Source: Convolutriloba macropyga (Eukaryota). From it: DNA of 64,000 nucleotides. Positions within the stretch are counted from its first letter, which is position 1. Every line of letters begins with the position of its first letter. The position numbers were made by a program, and so were the translations under genes. The stretch spans positions 22,258,001 through 22,322,000 of the forward strand of contig NC_134480.1 in NCBI RefSeq assembly GCF_964194025.1. The letters are read 5' to 3'. Below are positions 50,601 to 63,100 of the stretch, in pieces. The notes beneath the pieces are model-generated. The model had not been told where the DNA came from and did not search any database. It worked only from the letters and a program-made list of their open reading frames with translations.

Positions 50601-53067
50601 AGGGAACAAGCATCTTGACCAAGAATCGCTTTTACGTCTTTCAAGTCAATTTTCTTTGGACTTATGCACGATAAATGAGGATAACGTTTACTTAGCTCGA
50701 TTATATTGTAAACCGAGGTTTCAACTACAAGATATTTATAACTACTGGCTATTATTTTTTACCGCCTCGCTGATTTCATCGGCCGGCCCAATCTTAACCG
50801 GTACTTTCAAACAGTCGATTGAGTTCGTTCCATGAATCCCGGTCACTGACATCGAAGTATTTCTTCCTACACGACCTAGAGATTGTATCAATTCTTTGTC
50901 TATCCAAGTTTGAGATGGTGTCGGAAACAGCTTTAGTTTCGAAAAAAACTTCCCTCTTCAGCGTCAGCCTAGATGCGCAACGGTGAAACTTGGAGGAGAC
51001 CAAGCTGTCTCATTTGCCAGGTTGCTTTCACTTGTTTGATCCGGTGACTGGATTAGCTTGTGTGTCACAGTTTGTCTGTTGTGTAACATGCGATCGTAAT
51101 TTCCTTCACAGCCGTCTATTCCGCATTTGAGTTTCGATTTGCAATCTCTGGCGCGATACTTTCACGTCAAGCATTTGAAACAGAGGTAAGCTTGTGTCAC
51201 CTTTTCTGTCAGCGTTCCGTGATAGAGAGCTTTTTGAATTTATCACAATTCCCAAGCGGATGTTCTCCGTCGTCGAGAGGGCATTTCTGAAATCTTATCT
51301 CCCTATTGTTAGTAAAAGTGGAGTTTTCTGGTTGATCTCTACTTGATCTGACGCTATTTTGTTTTCCTCTATACGAATGCTCTGGAATTGCTTTGTTGCT
51401 GCAGATTTCATTCGCTCTTGAACTAAAGATTTTTCTTGTAGCCATTCGTTCAATTCAATCAAGTTTTGCAGTTTCGACCTATGCGACGCTGTTTCAATGT
51501 GTGCAAACCATCTGCGTTTTATGTCTACCGGTAGTTTATTAACCATCATGTCTAGATTACTTGATGAAAAAAAATTGTTGCTGTAACCGAATTGTTGCAG
51601 AACGTTTACAAAGTTTCCGACTGTGCCAACAAAAATAACAAAACTCGCAGTATCGTACGGCCGTAATTTTGGATGGTTTTGAATTTAAGTCAATTGCGAT
51701 CCTATTATCAAGTGCGGCTGACCGAATTTACGCTCAAGTGTTTTCCAAGCCGTGTCGTACAAAACGCCCGAATAACCCATACCAGCCAGCGCTCTTTTTG
51801 CCGACCCCGTCAGCAGCGTTTTAAATGCGTCATTTTTTGTCGTCTGATATGGTACTAAGATCGACTGTCGACAGAAACATGCCCCTCCATTCTGGCCAAT
51901 CAAGGGGATCGCCATTATATTCTCTTAACTTAAGTTTTGGTAACGTGCAATTAACCGCATAATTTACTGGGTAGATATCATACTGGTTAAAGCCGTGTTT
52001 TGGACTTGATTGCGAAGTATCAGAAATCTCAAACTTACTATGCTGCCCTTGGTTTGAGCTCACCGTTCCCGGAAGGTGTCTGACTGGAGCACTGCCAAAC
52101 ACGTCATCTCTCCAAGAGTTGCCTTGTCACATCAGTGACCCCAAACAGACAGCTGTTACTGTATTTCCGTTAAAATGAGGCTGCTACATCGTTTGCATTT
52201 TGTTTATTGTCAACCTGTGCTTGAATAAGTTTTCTGTTTTCGCACAAATAGTCTTCGTCGTCACTGCAGCTGATATTGCCAAATAATTCTCCGCTGTCTG
52301 GCAAAACTGTCCTTTCCAAATTTTCAGGATGAAGTCCGTCTTATTCGTCGGTGTTTATTTCGAGTTTCAACATTTCGAGTGACTTCTGCTTCTCGAGTTG
52401 TCTCAATTGCTCGTAAGTCTCTCGAGCTTGTCTTTACTGTTCAATTTTCAACTTCTGCACCTGATATACAAGTCTCAGTTGCACTTGTTGTTTTCTTTCA
52501 GCTCGCTCTTCTTCTTTGTGTTTCATTTCCTCTTCCGTTGAAACATCGGGCAAGACATCTTTCGATTTTGTCTGATTGGTTTGTGTCTCCTGTTTTGTCC
52601 TGTTTCCTCCTCGGCTCCATTTACCGATGAAACGAATAAAGGTGTTGGTTATTTGACAAAGTTCACTGACTTTGTCGTCTCCAGTGACTTCTTCTTCTGG
52701 TGCCACAATACCAGAAGCTCTTTGCTTTTCAAAGACAAGTTTCTTTGTTTCTCATGCAGATCTGCTTTATGCTTTGGTGAGACCCGTGTGCTGTAATGTT
52801 TCATCTCTTCCACCATTTTCAAGTCGAGGGCAAGATATTTATCAAGATTGGTTTTGATGCTCTTTGCTCTACTTAGTTTAGAGCCAAATTATCTTCTGAG
52901 TTCTGCTCTTCTCATTTGAAGATCATTAAATTTCTCAATGTAATCCTTCGCCAATTTGATAATGATTTTCCAGATGTTCCACCGCTTCGAAATCAGTCGA
53001 CCAATGAGATATATTACCACTGCGGGCTCCAGATGGACTTTGTTGCTTTCTTTTAAACATTTTCCAT
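47690..53067 (-). pseudogene. BEL/Pao gag-pol of element D (many stops and frameshifts)
   Basis: YNGDPLDWPEW, FKTLLTGSAK..TLERKFG, HIFGAKTSP..FYVDD, LHVFGDAS, IFDNGTNFVGA, YLPALQRRAKW. Near 50220 the frame jumps from LEQRLAKN to YQYNRHIFG, so the N-terminal RT block is missing. Confidence 0.9.
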
Positions 53068-53071
53068 GTTG

Positions 53072-53088
53072 TCCGGGTCAGCGGACCA
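53072..53088 (-). promoter_or_regulatory. primer binding site of element D, tRNA-Tyr-like
   Basis: TGGTCCGCTGACCCGGA lies 2 nt after the 5' LTR and resembles the tRNA-Tyr-type BEL PBS TGGTCCTTCGAGCCGGA. Confidence 0.7.
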
Positions 53089-53090
53089 AT

Positions 53091-53975
53091 TGTTTTGGCC
53101 TATCTTAGGTTATCAATATAATATTCAACTAAGTTTTAAGGCCGCCTTGTTCGCGATGTAAATTTCTCTCTCAAAGTAGAAATAATAGAAAGGACTGTAT
53201 TTTGAGACGGTTAATATACTTGTCTAATTGTCCAATACAAGTTATAGCGGCATAAGATATAAAGTTAAACAAAGCGTGTGTAATATTTGAATGGATATAT
53301 GCTCACTAAATATCAATGAAAGCAAAACTAAATATTTTGAAATGATGTATAAACTTTAGAGCCTTTATCGTAATAATCAACAAAATCCCCTTTTAAGTTA
53401 ACTGCATTCAGTTTTTTGATTCAAATACAACCTTTCGCACAGGAAACATAAATACTTGAATAAATTTAATACTGGCAAATATATGAAGAAAGTGTACGTA
53501 AATTGACCAAATATGATTGAAACCAATAAAATAGCACTATACTAGCGGAGTTTTGAGTACACAATTAAAAAACAAGTACAGTTAGGGTAATATGAACTAA
53601 ATAACAAGTTTTCACAATTTCAGCTTTGTCCAAATTGGGGCTAAAGTATACGGTTTTTTGATAATAACTCAGAAACTAAAAAAGACATCGAAACCACATT
53701 TTGCGAGTCGATAGGCGTTTGTACGATACACATGGTGAGTGAAAATGAAGGTTCTATCTCAAAAGGTTGAAGTACGGCTCCCCTATAAATTCTATAAGCA
53801 ATCTTAATTTATGGGGAAAATTTTCAAATGTAAATAGCTCCCACACTAATGATTCAAAATTGAGGAAACTTGGCAGTGACTAGCACTAGTCTACAATATA
53901 GCATATGAAAAAATAATGAATTAAATCGCACATGTAGTTCTTGAGATAATGAGCTTTAGATGTCAGACCGCAACT
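53091..53975 (-). repeat. 5' LTR of BEL element D
   Basis: Matches 46796-47675. Confidence 0.9.
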
Positions 53976-55047
53976 ATAGAGAAACAAAGCATTCTCAATT
54001 GTCCTCTGGAGGTCATGTTTTGAAAGTTTTAAGGGATATTTTTCAATAAAAACTTCTTGATAAATAAAATGCATTGAAGTCTTCAATTACTAGAGTCATC
54101 TAATATTGTCAAAGTTGAAAACTGAGTTCTATAGTTTATGTTGGGCAATTGTCTTCTTGTAACACTAAAGATTAAAACAGAGTTTTTCATCGCAACTTAA
54201 TTTACTGGACAATAATGACAAGAGTAATCCCCTAAATTTCAAAACTGATGTCATTTCTATTACTCTTTCTGAGTTCGTAGCTTTTTTCTAACTTCTTGTA
54301 TTAGATTTTTATGGGTACGAAGACATTGACTTTAATATTTAGAAAAAATTACAGACGTTAAGATCCTCTTTAAACTTTGGTGCGGGAATTGGGCACTAGC
54401 TGAGATTGAAGCCTAGAGATTTCGTTCTCGAAACGAGAGTCATACTATAGATCTATGTTTAATTCAGGCCGGCAAAATGAAGTTCAGATAAATTTCTGTT
54501 TCTATCTTTTTTGTTCCGAGAAGACAACAGACTTCCCATAAATCATGAACTATAAAACTAAGTTTTAAAATTTGACATAGAAATTTGGGAATGTGCAATA
54601 TGAAATCTGCCTAAAATCTCCTTATAGAAAATTTCTCCAGACTAACTCATTTCATCTATTTGTTTTTATTCTGGCCAACGAAATGAAATTCCTTGTATCC
54701 CTTTTTTTCCACCTACCAGCTCAAAAATAAGCTTTCTGAAAAGGAAATGAAAGATATGTGGAAACCGGTGTGTTCCTTAGAACTGCATCATACCATGTAG
54801 TATTTTATCCAAAACTTTATATTTTTGTCAGTGAGTGAATAAAGGTGGGTTAAACATTTCTCTAAATGAGAAATATGACGTGGCTTGAATAAATGTTAGG
54901 CATCGTTAAAAGAAAGCCAAAAATGCATTTTCACATAAAAAGACTCCATCTCTGGATGGCTCTGAAGTGTATATTTAGGAGCTACCGATGAATAAGGTTC
55001 TCATGGAAAAATTAGTTTTCAGTTATTGGTGTTTACTATTCCATTTA

Positions 55048-56298
55048 CTTTATGGTACCAAAAGTTAGCACACTTGAAGGTTTTTAAAAAGCGTTACAAA
55101 CATCAAGTAATATACATTTTGAAGTAAAAGTTTCAGACGCAAAAAAGTGGCCATAGTCACCAAAAAAGGCAATGCTGCTCTTAAAAAGAACATTCTGAAA
55201 TGTGGGGAATAATAAAAAAAAGGCAGCTGAGAACATGCCGCTGTAGCCTGATGCTGCTCCGCTGCGATTACGCAGGAATCAAAATTATTATCATTATAAT
55301 TTAACATTTAAAGTACAAATTTGTTCTCTAATAAAGCGTCGTTACGCCTTTTTTAAACGATTTTTTAAGTTTTCAAGCAGACTGTTTTACTGTTTTCATG
55401 CTGTTTTATAACGATATCTGGCTCAATTTAATTCCAAATTTCTGAAACTTTTTCTAAGTCTTCTGAAAAAACTGTCTGTTTTCGTAATCGCTGATTCAAA
55501 CACTTTCAAGCAGATTTAGATCTGGATTTTATGCCTGCCATTCTAATACCTTCCGCTCATTCTTCCCGAAAAAATTGCCGATATCCTTCGATTTATGGAC
55601 TGGAACATTATCTTGCTGAAAAATAATGTCCTGAAATTTCCATTTTTGTTCGTATTTTTTCAAAATTTCAAAATAACCGGCAACGTTTAGCTCGTTTGGA
55701 CAATCAACACGCATTTTTCGTCCATGTCATGGTCGTTTTGTGCCCCAAAACATAAGTGATCATATGTTTTAACTCAAATATCTTGTGTTTTTTTTTCAAG
55801 AATTCTCTTCCCATTTCTTCGAAAAATTCAAATAATTCCGTAGCTGGAGATGCGCAGCCTTGTTTCACTTCATAGTTTTCGAGAATTCCTGTCCTCTGGA
55901 GACTGTGTCTTGGCAAGAGAAAGCGTAATGAGTAACTCTGATAATCTCTAGAGAGGTTTTTTTCGGGAGAGAACTTTTTTCTGGATTCTTTTTTACAATT
56001 TGTTGCTCGATTTTTTGGCTTTGAAACTGATATTTTTCAAACATCGTTTGTATGCATGCGGTGTACTGGATCTTGATTTTTAGTTGCGTTGTTTTTGTGT
56101 TCCCTTTAATGAAAATCCGACATCTCGTCGTGGTGTACCATCTTTTTTATTTAAGCAGAGAAAATGCGAACGCAATTTCTGTTAAAAATCTTAATTTCGC
56201 AAGTTTTTATACGCTTTAGCGTAGATCATGCTTATGAAGCACGAATCAACCTTTGAAAGCAGAAATCATGCTGTACGTAGCTTTTTGGTACCATACTG
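55048..56298 (-). mobile_element. decayed Tc1/mariner DNA transposon, copy 1 (~1.25 kb)
   Basis: TIRs TA|C(TT)TATGGTACCAAAAG and CTTTTTGGTACCATACTG|TA. Transposase remnant IFQQDNVPVHKS...VLEW..*NPDLN (Tc1 DDE region) at ~55500-55630. Confidence 0.85.
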
Positions 56299-57926
56299 TA
56301 TCACTAAAACGTAGAAACAGTCTCCGATTATCAGGTTTAACCTTGTACTTGTTTTAAAAGACATTTACTATTCTTATCTGCAAAAGCTACTTGCATTAAA
56401 TGGAATTGAACCTTGGTCTATGCGTCAAAAGTTGGGGTAATGAGATACTGTTTAGAAGAGGGGGCTCTTCATTCAAACAAGGCTTCTTTCGTTTGAAGAG
56501 CCCCCACCTCCGAAAATCCATAAAGTTTGTCCCGAACTCAGAGCACGCCTGAGAAACAACGCTTTTATGGTGTTCAATGACTAGAGACCTTGAAAATGTA
56601 GGAAACATTTTGAAATCATTTGCGGAAAGTGCAAAAGATATCGACAAAAATTCAGCCGAAAAGTTAAAAAAAATCCGCTAATATCTAATGATGGCGATCT
56701 TTTTTTTCTACAGTAAAGTTCAGTTTCAAAATATTACAAACCGAGAACAGATGAACGACATGTATGCAGCCGTTTTGAGAAAAAATCGGAAAATCAAACG
56801 GAAGAGTAAAAAAATTGGATCTGTGCAATAAAATCTTTTCAATTCTCCGTTCGAAATTATAAATACTGCTGAGAACAACTGTTTTGGTGCAATTTTAAAA
56901 CCAATCGCCATATAAGAGCAGAAAGAAAGATCAGAACTACCAACAAAAGCCAACCATTTTTCAATTACTTTTTTAATATTATGCACAAACGTGTTTAGAA
57001 AACGTTTCTTAAAAAAATCACCACCGTCTGGCTAACCGAAACCTATTTTTCTAGCTAAAAGTTTTTCATCGCAACTTAATTTACTGGACAATAATGACAA
57101 GAGTAATCCCCTAAATTTCAAAACTGATGTCATTTCTATTACTCTTTCTGAGTTCGTAGCTTTTTTCTAACTTCTTGTATTAGATTTTTATGGGTACGAA
57201 GACATTGACTTTAATATTTAGAAAAAATTACAGACGTTAAGATCCTCTTTAAACTTTGGTGCGGGAATTGGGCACTAGCTGAGATTGAAGCCTAGAGATT
57301 TCGTTCTCGAAACGAGAGTCATACTATAGATCTATGTTTAATTCAGGCCGGCAAAATGAAGTTCAGATAAATTTCTGTTTCTATCTTTTTTGTTCCGAGA
57401 AGACAACAGACTTCCCATAAATCATGAACTATAAAACTAAGTTTTAAAATTTGACATAGAAATTTGGGAATGTGCAATATGAAATCTGCCTAAAATCTCC
57501 TTATAGAAAATTTCTCCAGACTAACTCATTTCATCTATTTGTTTTTATTCTGGCCAACGAAATGAAATTCCTTGTATCCCTTTTTTTCCACCTACCAGCT
57601 CAAAAATAAGCTTTCTGAAAAGGAAATGAAAGATATGTGGAAACCGGTGTGTTCCTTAGAACTGCATCATACCATGTAGTATTTTATCCAAAACTTTATA
57701 TTTTTGTCAGTGAGTGAATAAAGGTGGGTTAAACAATTCTCTAAATGAGAAATATGACGTGGCTTGAATAAATGTTAGGCATCGTTAAAAGAAAGCCAAA
57801 AATGCATTTTCACATAAAAAGACTCCATCTCTGGATGGCTCTGAAGTGTATATTTAGGAGCTACCGATGAATAAGGTTCTCATGGAAAAATTAGTTTTCA
57901 GTTATTGGTGTTTACTATCCCATTTA

Positions 57927-59173
57927 CTTTATGGTACCAAAAGTTAGCACACTTGAAGGTTTTTAAAAAGCGTTACAAACATCAAGTAATATACATTTTG
58001 AAGTAAAAGTTTCAGACGCAAAAAAGTGGCCATAGTCACCAAAAAAAGGCAATGCTGCTCTTAAAAAGAACATTCTGAAATGTGGGGAATAATAAAAAAA
58101 AGGCAGCTGAGAACATGCCGCTGTAGCCTGATGCTGCTCCGCTGCGATTACGCAGGAATCAAAATTATTATCATTTTGATATAACATTTAAAGTTCAAAT
58201 TTGTTCTCTAATAAAGCGTCGTTACGCCTTTTTTAAACGATTTTTTAAGTTTTTAAGCAGACTGTTTGATTGTTTTCATGCTGTTTTCTAACGATATCTG
58301 GCTCAATTTAATTCCAAATTTCTAAAAAACTTTTTCTAAGTCTTCTGAAAAAACTGTCTGTTTTCGTAATCGCTGATTCAAACACTTTCAATCGGATTTA
58401 GATCTGGATTTTATGCCTGCCATTCTAATACCTTCCGCTCATTCTTCCCGAAAAAATTGCCGATGACCTTCGATTTATGCACTGGAACATTATCTTGCTG
58501 AAAAAAATGTCCTGAAAATTCCATTTTTGTTCGTTCAAAATTTTAAGAAAACGGCAACGTTTAGCTCGTTTGGACAATTAACACGCATTTTCCGTCCACG
58601 TCATGGTCGTTTTGCGCCCCAAAACATATGTGATCATGTGTTTTAACTCAAATATCTTGTGTTTTTTTTTCAAGAAGTCTCTTTCCATTTCTTCGAAAAA
58701 TTCGAATAATTCCGTAGCTGGAGATGCGCAGCCTTGTTTCACTCCATAGTTTTTGAGAATTCGTGTCCTCTGGAAACTGTGTCTTGGCAAGAGAAAGCGT
58801 AATGAGTAACTCTGATAATCTCTAGAGAGGTTTTTTTCGGGAGAGAACTTTTTTCTGGATTCTTTTTTACAATTTGTTGCTCGATTTTTTGGCTTTGAAA
58901 CTAATATTTTTCAAACGTCGTTTGTATGCATGCGGTGTACTGGATCTTGATTTTTAGTTGCGTTGTTTTTGTGTTCCCTTTAATGAAAATCCGACATCTC
59001 GTCGTGGTGTACCATCTTTTTTATTTAAGCAGAGAAAATGCGAACGCAATTTCTGTTAAAAAATCTTAATTTCGCAAGTTTTTATACGCTTTAGCGTAGA
59101 TCATGCTTATGAAGCACGAATCAACCTTTAAAAGCAGAAATCATGCTGTACGTAGCTTTTTGGTACCATACTG
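57927..59173 (-). mobile_element. decayed Tc1/mariner DNA transposon, copy 2
   Basis: Same TIRs and TA flanks; FFQQDNVPVHKS...VLEW..*NPDLNPIE. Confidence 0.85.
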
Positions 59174-59333
59174 TATCACTAAAACGTAGAAACAGTCTCC
59201 GATTATCAGGTTTAAGCTTGTACTTGTTTTAAAAAACATTTACTATTCTTATCTGCAAAAGCAACTTGCAACAAATGGAATTGAACCTTGGTCTATGCGT
59301 CAAAAGTTGGGGTAATGAGATACTGTTTAGAAG

Positions 59334-59533
59334 NNNNNNNNNNNNNNNNNNNNNNNNNNNNNNNNNNNNNNNNNNNNNNNNNNNNNNNNNNNNNNNNNNN
59401 NNNNNNNNNNNNNNNNNNNNNNNNNNNNNNNNNNNNNNNNNNNNNNNNNNNNNNNNNNNNNNNNNNNNNNNNNNNNNNNNNNNNNNNNNNNNNNNNNNNN
59501 NNNNNNNNNNNNNNNNNNNNNNNNNNNNNNNNN
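59334..59533. other. assembly gap (200 N)
   Basis: Ns in the sequence. Confidence 1.
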
Positions 59534-60190
59534 ACATCTGTCTTGGACTTGTTTGATCAAAAATTGTTGAAAAATCAGCTTTTCGTAAGGTGATTCCTTT
59601 TAAAAGGTTTTCCTCTCAGTTGGCTCTTATAAAGCTAGGGTTTGAACTATAGCAAAAAATTTGTAGAACGGTGTCTTCATAAGTCAATTTGAACAAGGAC
59701 CTTAACATGGGATGTCATGCCACTGAAAAAGCGTTCACATAGTGTATTCTCACGTTGTTCTTTGTATAAATTTTTGAGTCTTGTACTCGATTTGGAACTT
59801 TTTTCCTTCAGAGGGGAAACAAGAAGTTATATTCAACTCAAATTTCCCTATATTGACTGAAATTGTACCACGAAAGGTAAAAATGAGGGAAATTTGTTTC
59901 TTGCACAAAATAATCAATGCAAATTGTACACTATTGGAATGCTGTTTTTGTTTTGGCTAATTTTTTTTAAGAAATCCAGCTGTAACGGCTGATTACTAAC
60001 TATAGCGTAATAACCTTTACGCCGGCCCTGATTCCAAAGTCAAACTTAAAAACTTTTCCTTTCTTTATTCAAAAAATGTTGTCATTTGATTTATTCGATT
60101 TAGGATTATTTTTGAACACGGTTTTCAACAAAAGATGTTTTATTAGAAGCATGAAATAGCATATATTTATTGCTTTATTCAAGCGCGTGA

Positions 60191-63100
60191 TGTTTACATA
60201 TTATGTAACACAAGAGTTATAGATAGTCCAAATGATCAACTAATAACCATAAACAGCACTAGCATTGAGAGAAGGCCACAAATAAACTCAAATGAACCTA
60301 TTTTAACTGAATAGAAAGTTCAATATGAAACTTTGGCTCGAAGGCCATATCTAAATGAGAGCAATTTTGGATGTTTTCTTCCCCATATCTCGGAAACAAA
60401 AAAGGGTATGATTTCCTCTTTTTGAGAGGTTACAGACAATGATGCTACACAACTATTAGTATAAAAATTATTAGCATCACTTTAAACATATTTGTGGGGC
60501 TACCAGATTTATTCTATAGCTAATGTTAAAACATGGTCAAAATTTAGAAATTATTATTTCTCAATAAATTGGTCCTCAGATCTACCGATCGGAGAAATGG
60601 GACCTTAACAAGTATATAGAAGACGTACAAAAAAGAAACGAACGAATTCTGACAATTATAACTCAAAATATGATATCACGTTTTTCCTATATCTGTCTAT
60701 CTGAGCTGGCGCCAAAATCGCCGGCCCTGTTTTCTTCTGGAAAACACACTCTGTCAAATAGTGGCGCCAGTTTCACCACTGGTTGTTTGTAGGGGCCAGT
60801 ATTAGTCCTAACTGTTGCTGAACGCACTATTCCATCTGAATTGGGGAATGTTTCAATCACCCGAGCCATTTTGTAATCGTTTCTTTTCAAAGATTCGTCT
60901 ACCAACCAGAGAAGTTCGCCAGTTTCAAGTTTTCTCCCGCTTTCTGTTGCCCATTTGCTACGCTTAATCCATTCTGGTCGGTATTCTGTTATCCATCTAG
61001 TCCAAATCAAAGCTGCATAACTCTGTGATGTTTTAAAACCTTTGCGCATGTCAGCATATTTGCTTGCATTTGGAATAAACGGAATAGCGATACTTGATCT
61101 TCCCAAGAGAAAATGATTAGGCGTCAGCGCTTCCAAGTCTTCGGGGTCGTTGCTTGCTGCTGTTAATGGGCGCGCATTCAACGTCTGCTCGACTAAGCAC
61201 ATTGTCGTAGTGAGAACTTCATCTGACATTGACCTTCCAACAAGAACAGCGACCATAGCTCTTTTACAGCTTTTTACTAGTCTCTCCCATACTCCTCCGA
61301 AATGGGGTGCCCCGGGTGGGTTCATGGACCACTTGATCTCCTTTTGAGTCAGATGATCAGCAATGTCTTGTTTGTTCCAATTGTCTATGAATTGTTTAAT
61401 CTCCTTTGTTGCACCGACAAAGTTCAAGCCATTATCGCTCAATATTGTACAAGGCTTTCCTCTGCGAGCAACAAATAGCTGCAAGGCAAGACTCCGCGTC
61501 TAATGAATATGCCATTTTGATATGCACAGCTCTCGTGCTCAAGCAAGTGAACAAGCAGCACAATCTTTTCGTAGTTCTTCTCAACAGCTTGACTTCAAAA
61601 GGGCCAAAATAGTCGATGCCCGTATTTGTGGAAGGGTGGATGCGATCCTCTACCCCTTGCTGTGGAAGATCAGCCATCTGTTGTCGCAGAGTTTGAATTT
61701 CACGTTTACGGCAGAGTACACAATTGAGTTTTATCCTCCTCAGGGCGTTTCGTAAGCCAATGATCCAATGTTTTTGCTGTAAAACACTCCTTACGTACTC
61801 GGTGCCCTCCTGGTTGTTCATTTTGTGTTCCGCTTGCAACATAATTGCACTGCTTCGTGCTTAGTTGTCAGGAGAATGGGGTGCTTTCTTTCGTAGGCTA
61901 AATTTGAAAGTTTTAGTCGTCCTTTAACTCTCAGCACGCCTTGATTGTCCAGGAAGGGTGCAAACCTTGACAAGTTTGACGCCTTTCTCAACCGACTTTC
62001 TTTCTTTATGACCCTGTAATCTTCACTAAAAGTCTCTTGTTGGATAAGCATGAACAATTAACCGCGCGCTATATTTCGTTCGTCCGTTGTTAATGATTTT
62101 GTTCGAGTTTTCGTTCTGAGTTTGAGACAAAATGCAATTGTGTTCACTAAACTATGCAAACTGCTGAACCGGCTCCAATCTATCACTAGCATTTCAACAC
62201 ACGGTGGTTTATTTGCTAAATTGGCAGCTTCTTCTATATCAATGCTGTTGTTGTGCGATTCGAAGACAGGTGGTTGTTCAGGCCATTCGTCGGTTTTATC
62301 TCGGTGCCAAGCTGGCCCAGTTATCCACTCACAATCTTCCAAATCTTTGATCTGCATGCCAAGGGTTCCAATATCTGCTGCTGGGTTAACCGTTCCTTGA
62401 ACATGCTTTCATTCATCAATAGTTGAGGTCTCGAGGATATCGGCTACACGGTTTGCAACGAACACTGTTTGCCTTTTGTGTGATGAGTGTAGCCAATGAA
62501 GAACAGTCACTGAGTCTGTCCAATGGAAAACTCAGCTAAACACCAGATCATGTTCATCAACAATGTGTTTTCTCAGGCGTGTTGCGTACATTTCTGCATG
62601 TAGTTCGAGTCTAGGTATTGATAACTGGCGCATAGGTGCGATTCTGCATTTTCCCATAATGAAATTCACGTGCGATTCTTCATCACAGTCATCACGAATG
62701 TATGATACTATACACATTGAATCTAAGGAAGCGTCTGAAAAGACATGTAGCTGATATCGTCCTCGTCGCGTAATACCGTCCTTTCGCTGCAGAGCAAAAT
62801 TTCTAACTTGTTGTAATTCTTCAGCCCAATCTTCGAAAACTGTTGTTTCTTCTTCACTTAATTTCTTATCCCATTCCTGTCCGTTGCACTTCCAAATGTT
62901 TTTGTGAAGTATCCGCATGCGCATTGTGAAAGAAGTAAAAAGACCCAAGGGATCAAATACAGAAGAAACATGTGACAGAACCGCTCGTTGCGTAACTATC
63001 TCGGGTAATATCTTTTGAGGTCCTCTTGAAACTTCCAGTGTGTCACCTTCGACATTCCATTTAAGACCAAGAATTGAAGAGTTAAGTGGCTCAATCTCGA

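Larger units (their letters stand above)
46796..53975 (-). mobile_element. BEL/Pao LTR retrotransposon D, old and degraded, with an internal RT deletion
   Basis: LTRs 46796-47675 and 53091-53975 (~880 bp). Imperfect TSD TTAGA/ATAGA. PBS TGGTCCGCTGACCCGGA. Fragmented gag-pol. Confidence 0.92.
54181..59333. repeat. ~2.88-kb tandem duplication (copy 1 54181-57059; copy 2 57060-59333, cut by the gap)
   Basis: Sequence restarts agtttttcatcgcaacttaatttactgg at 57060 and runs colinear to the gap. Confidence 0.93.
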
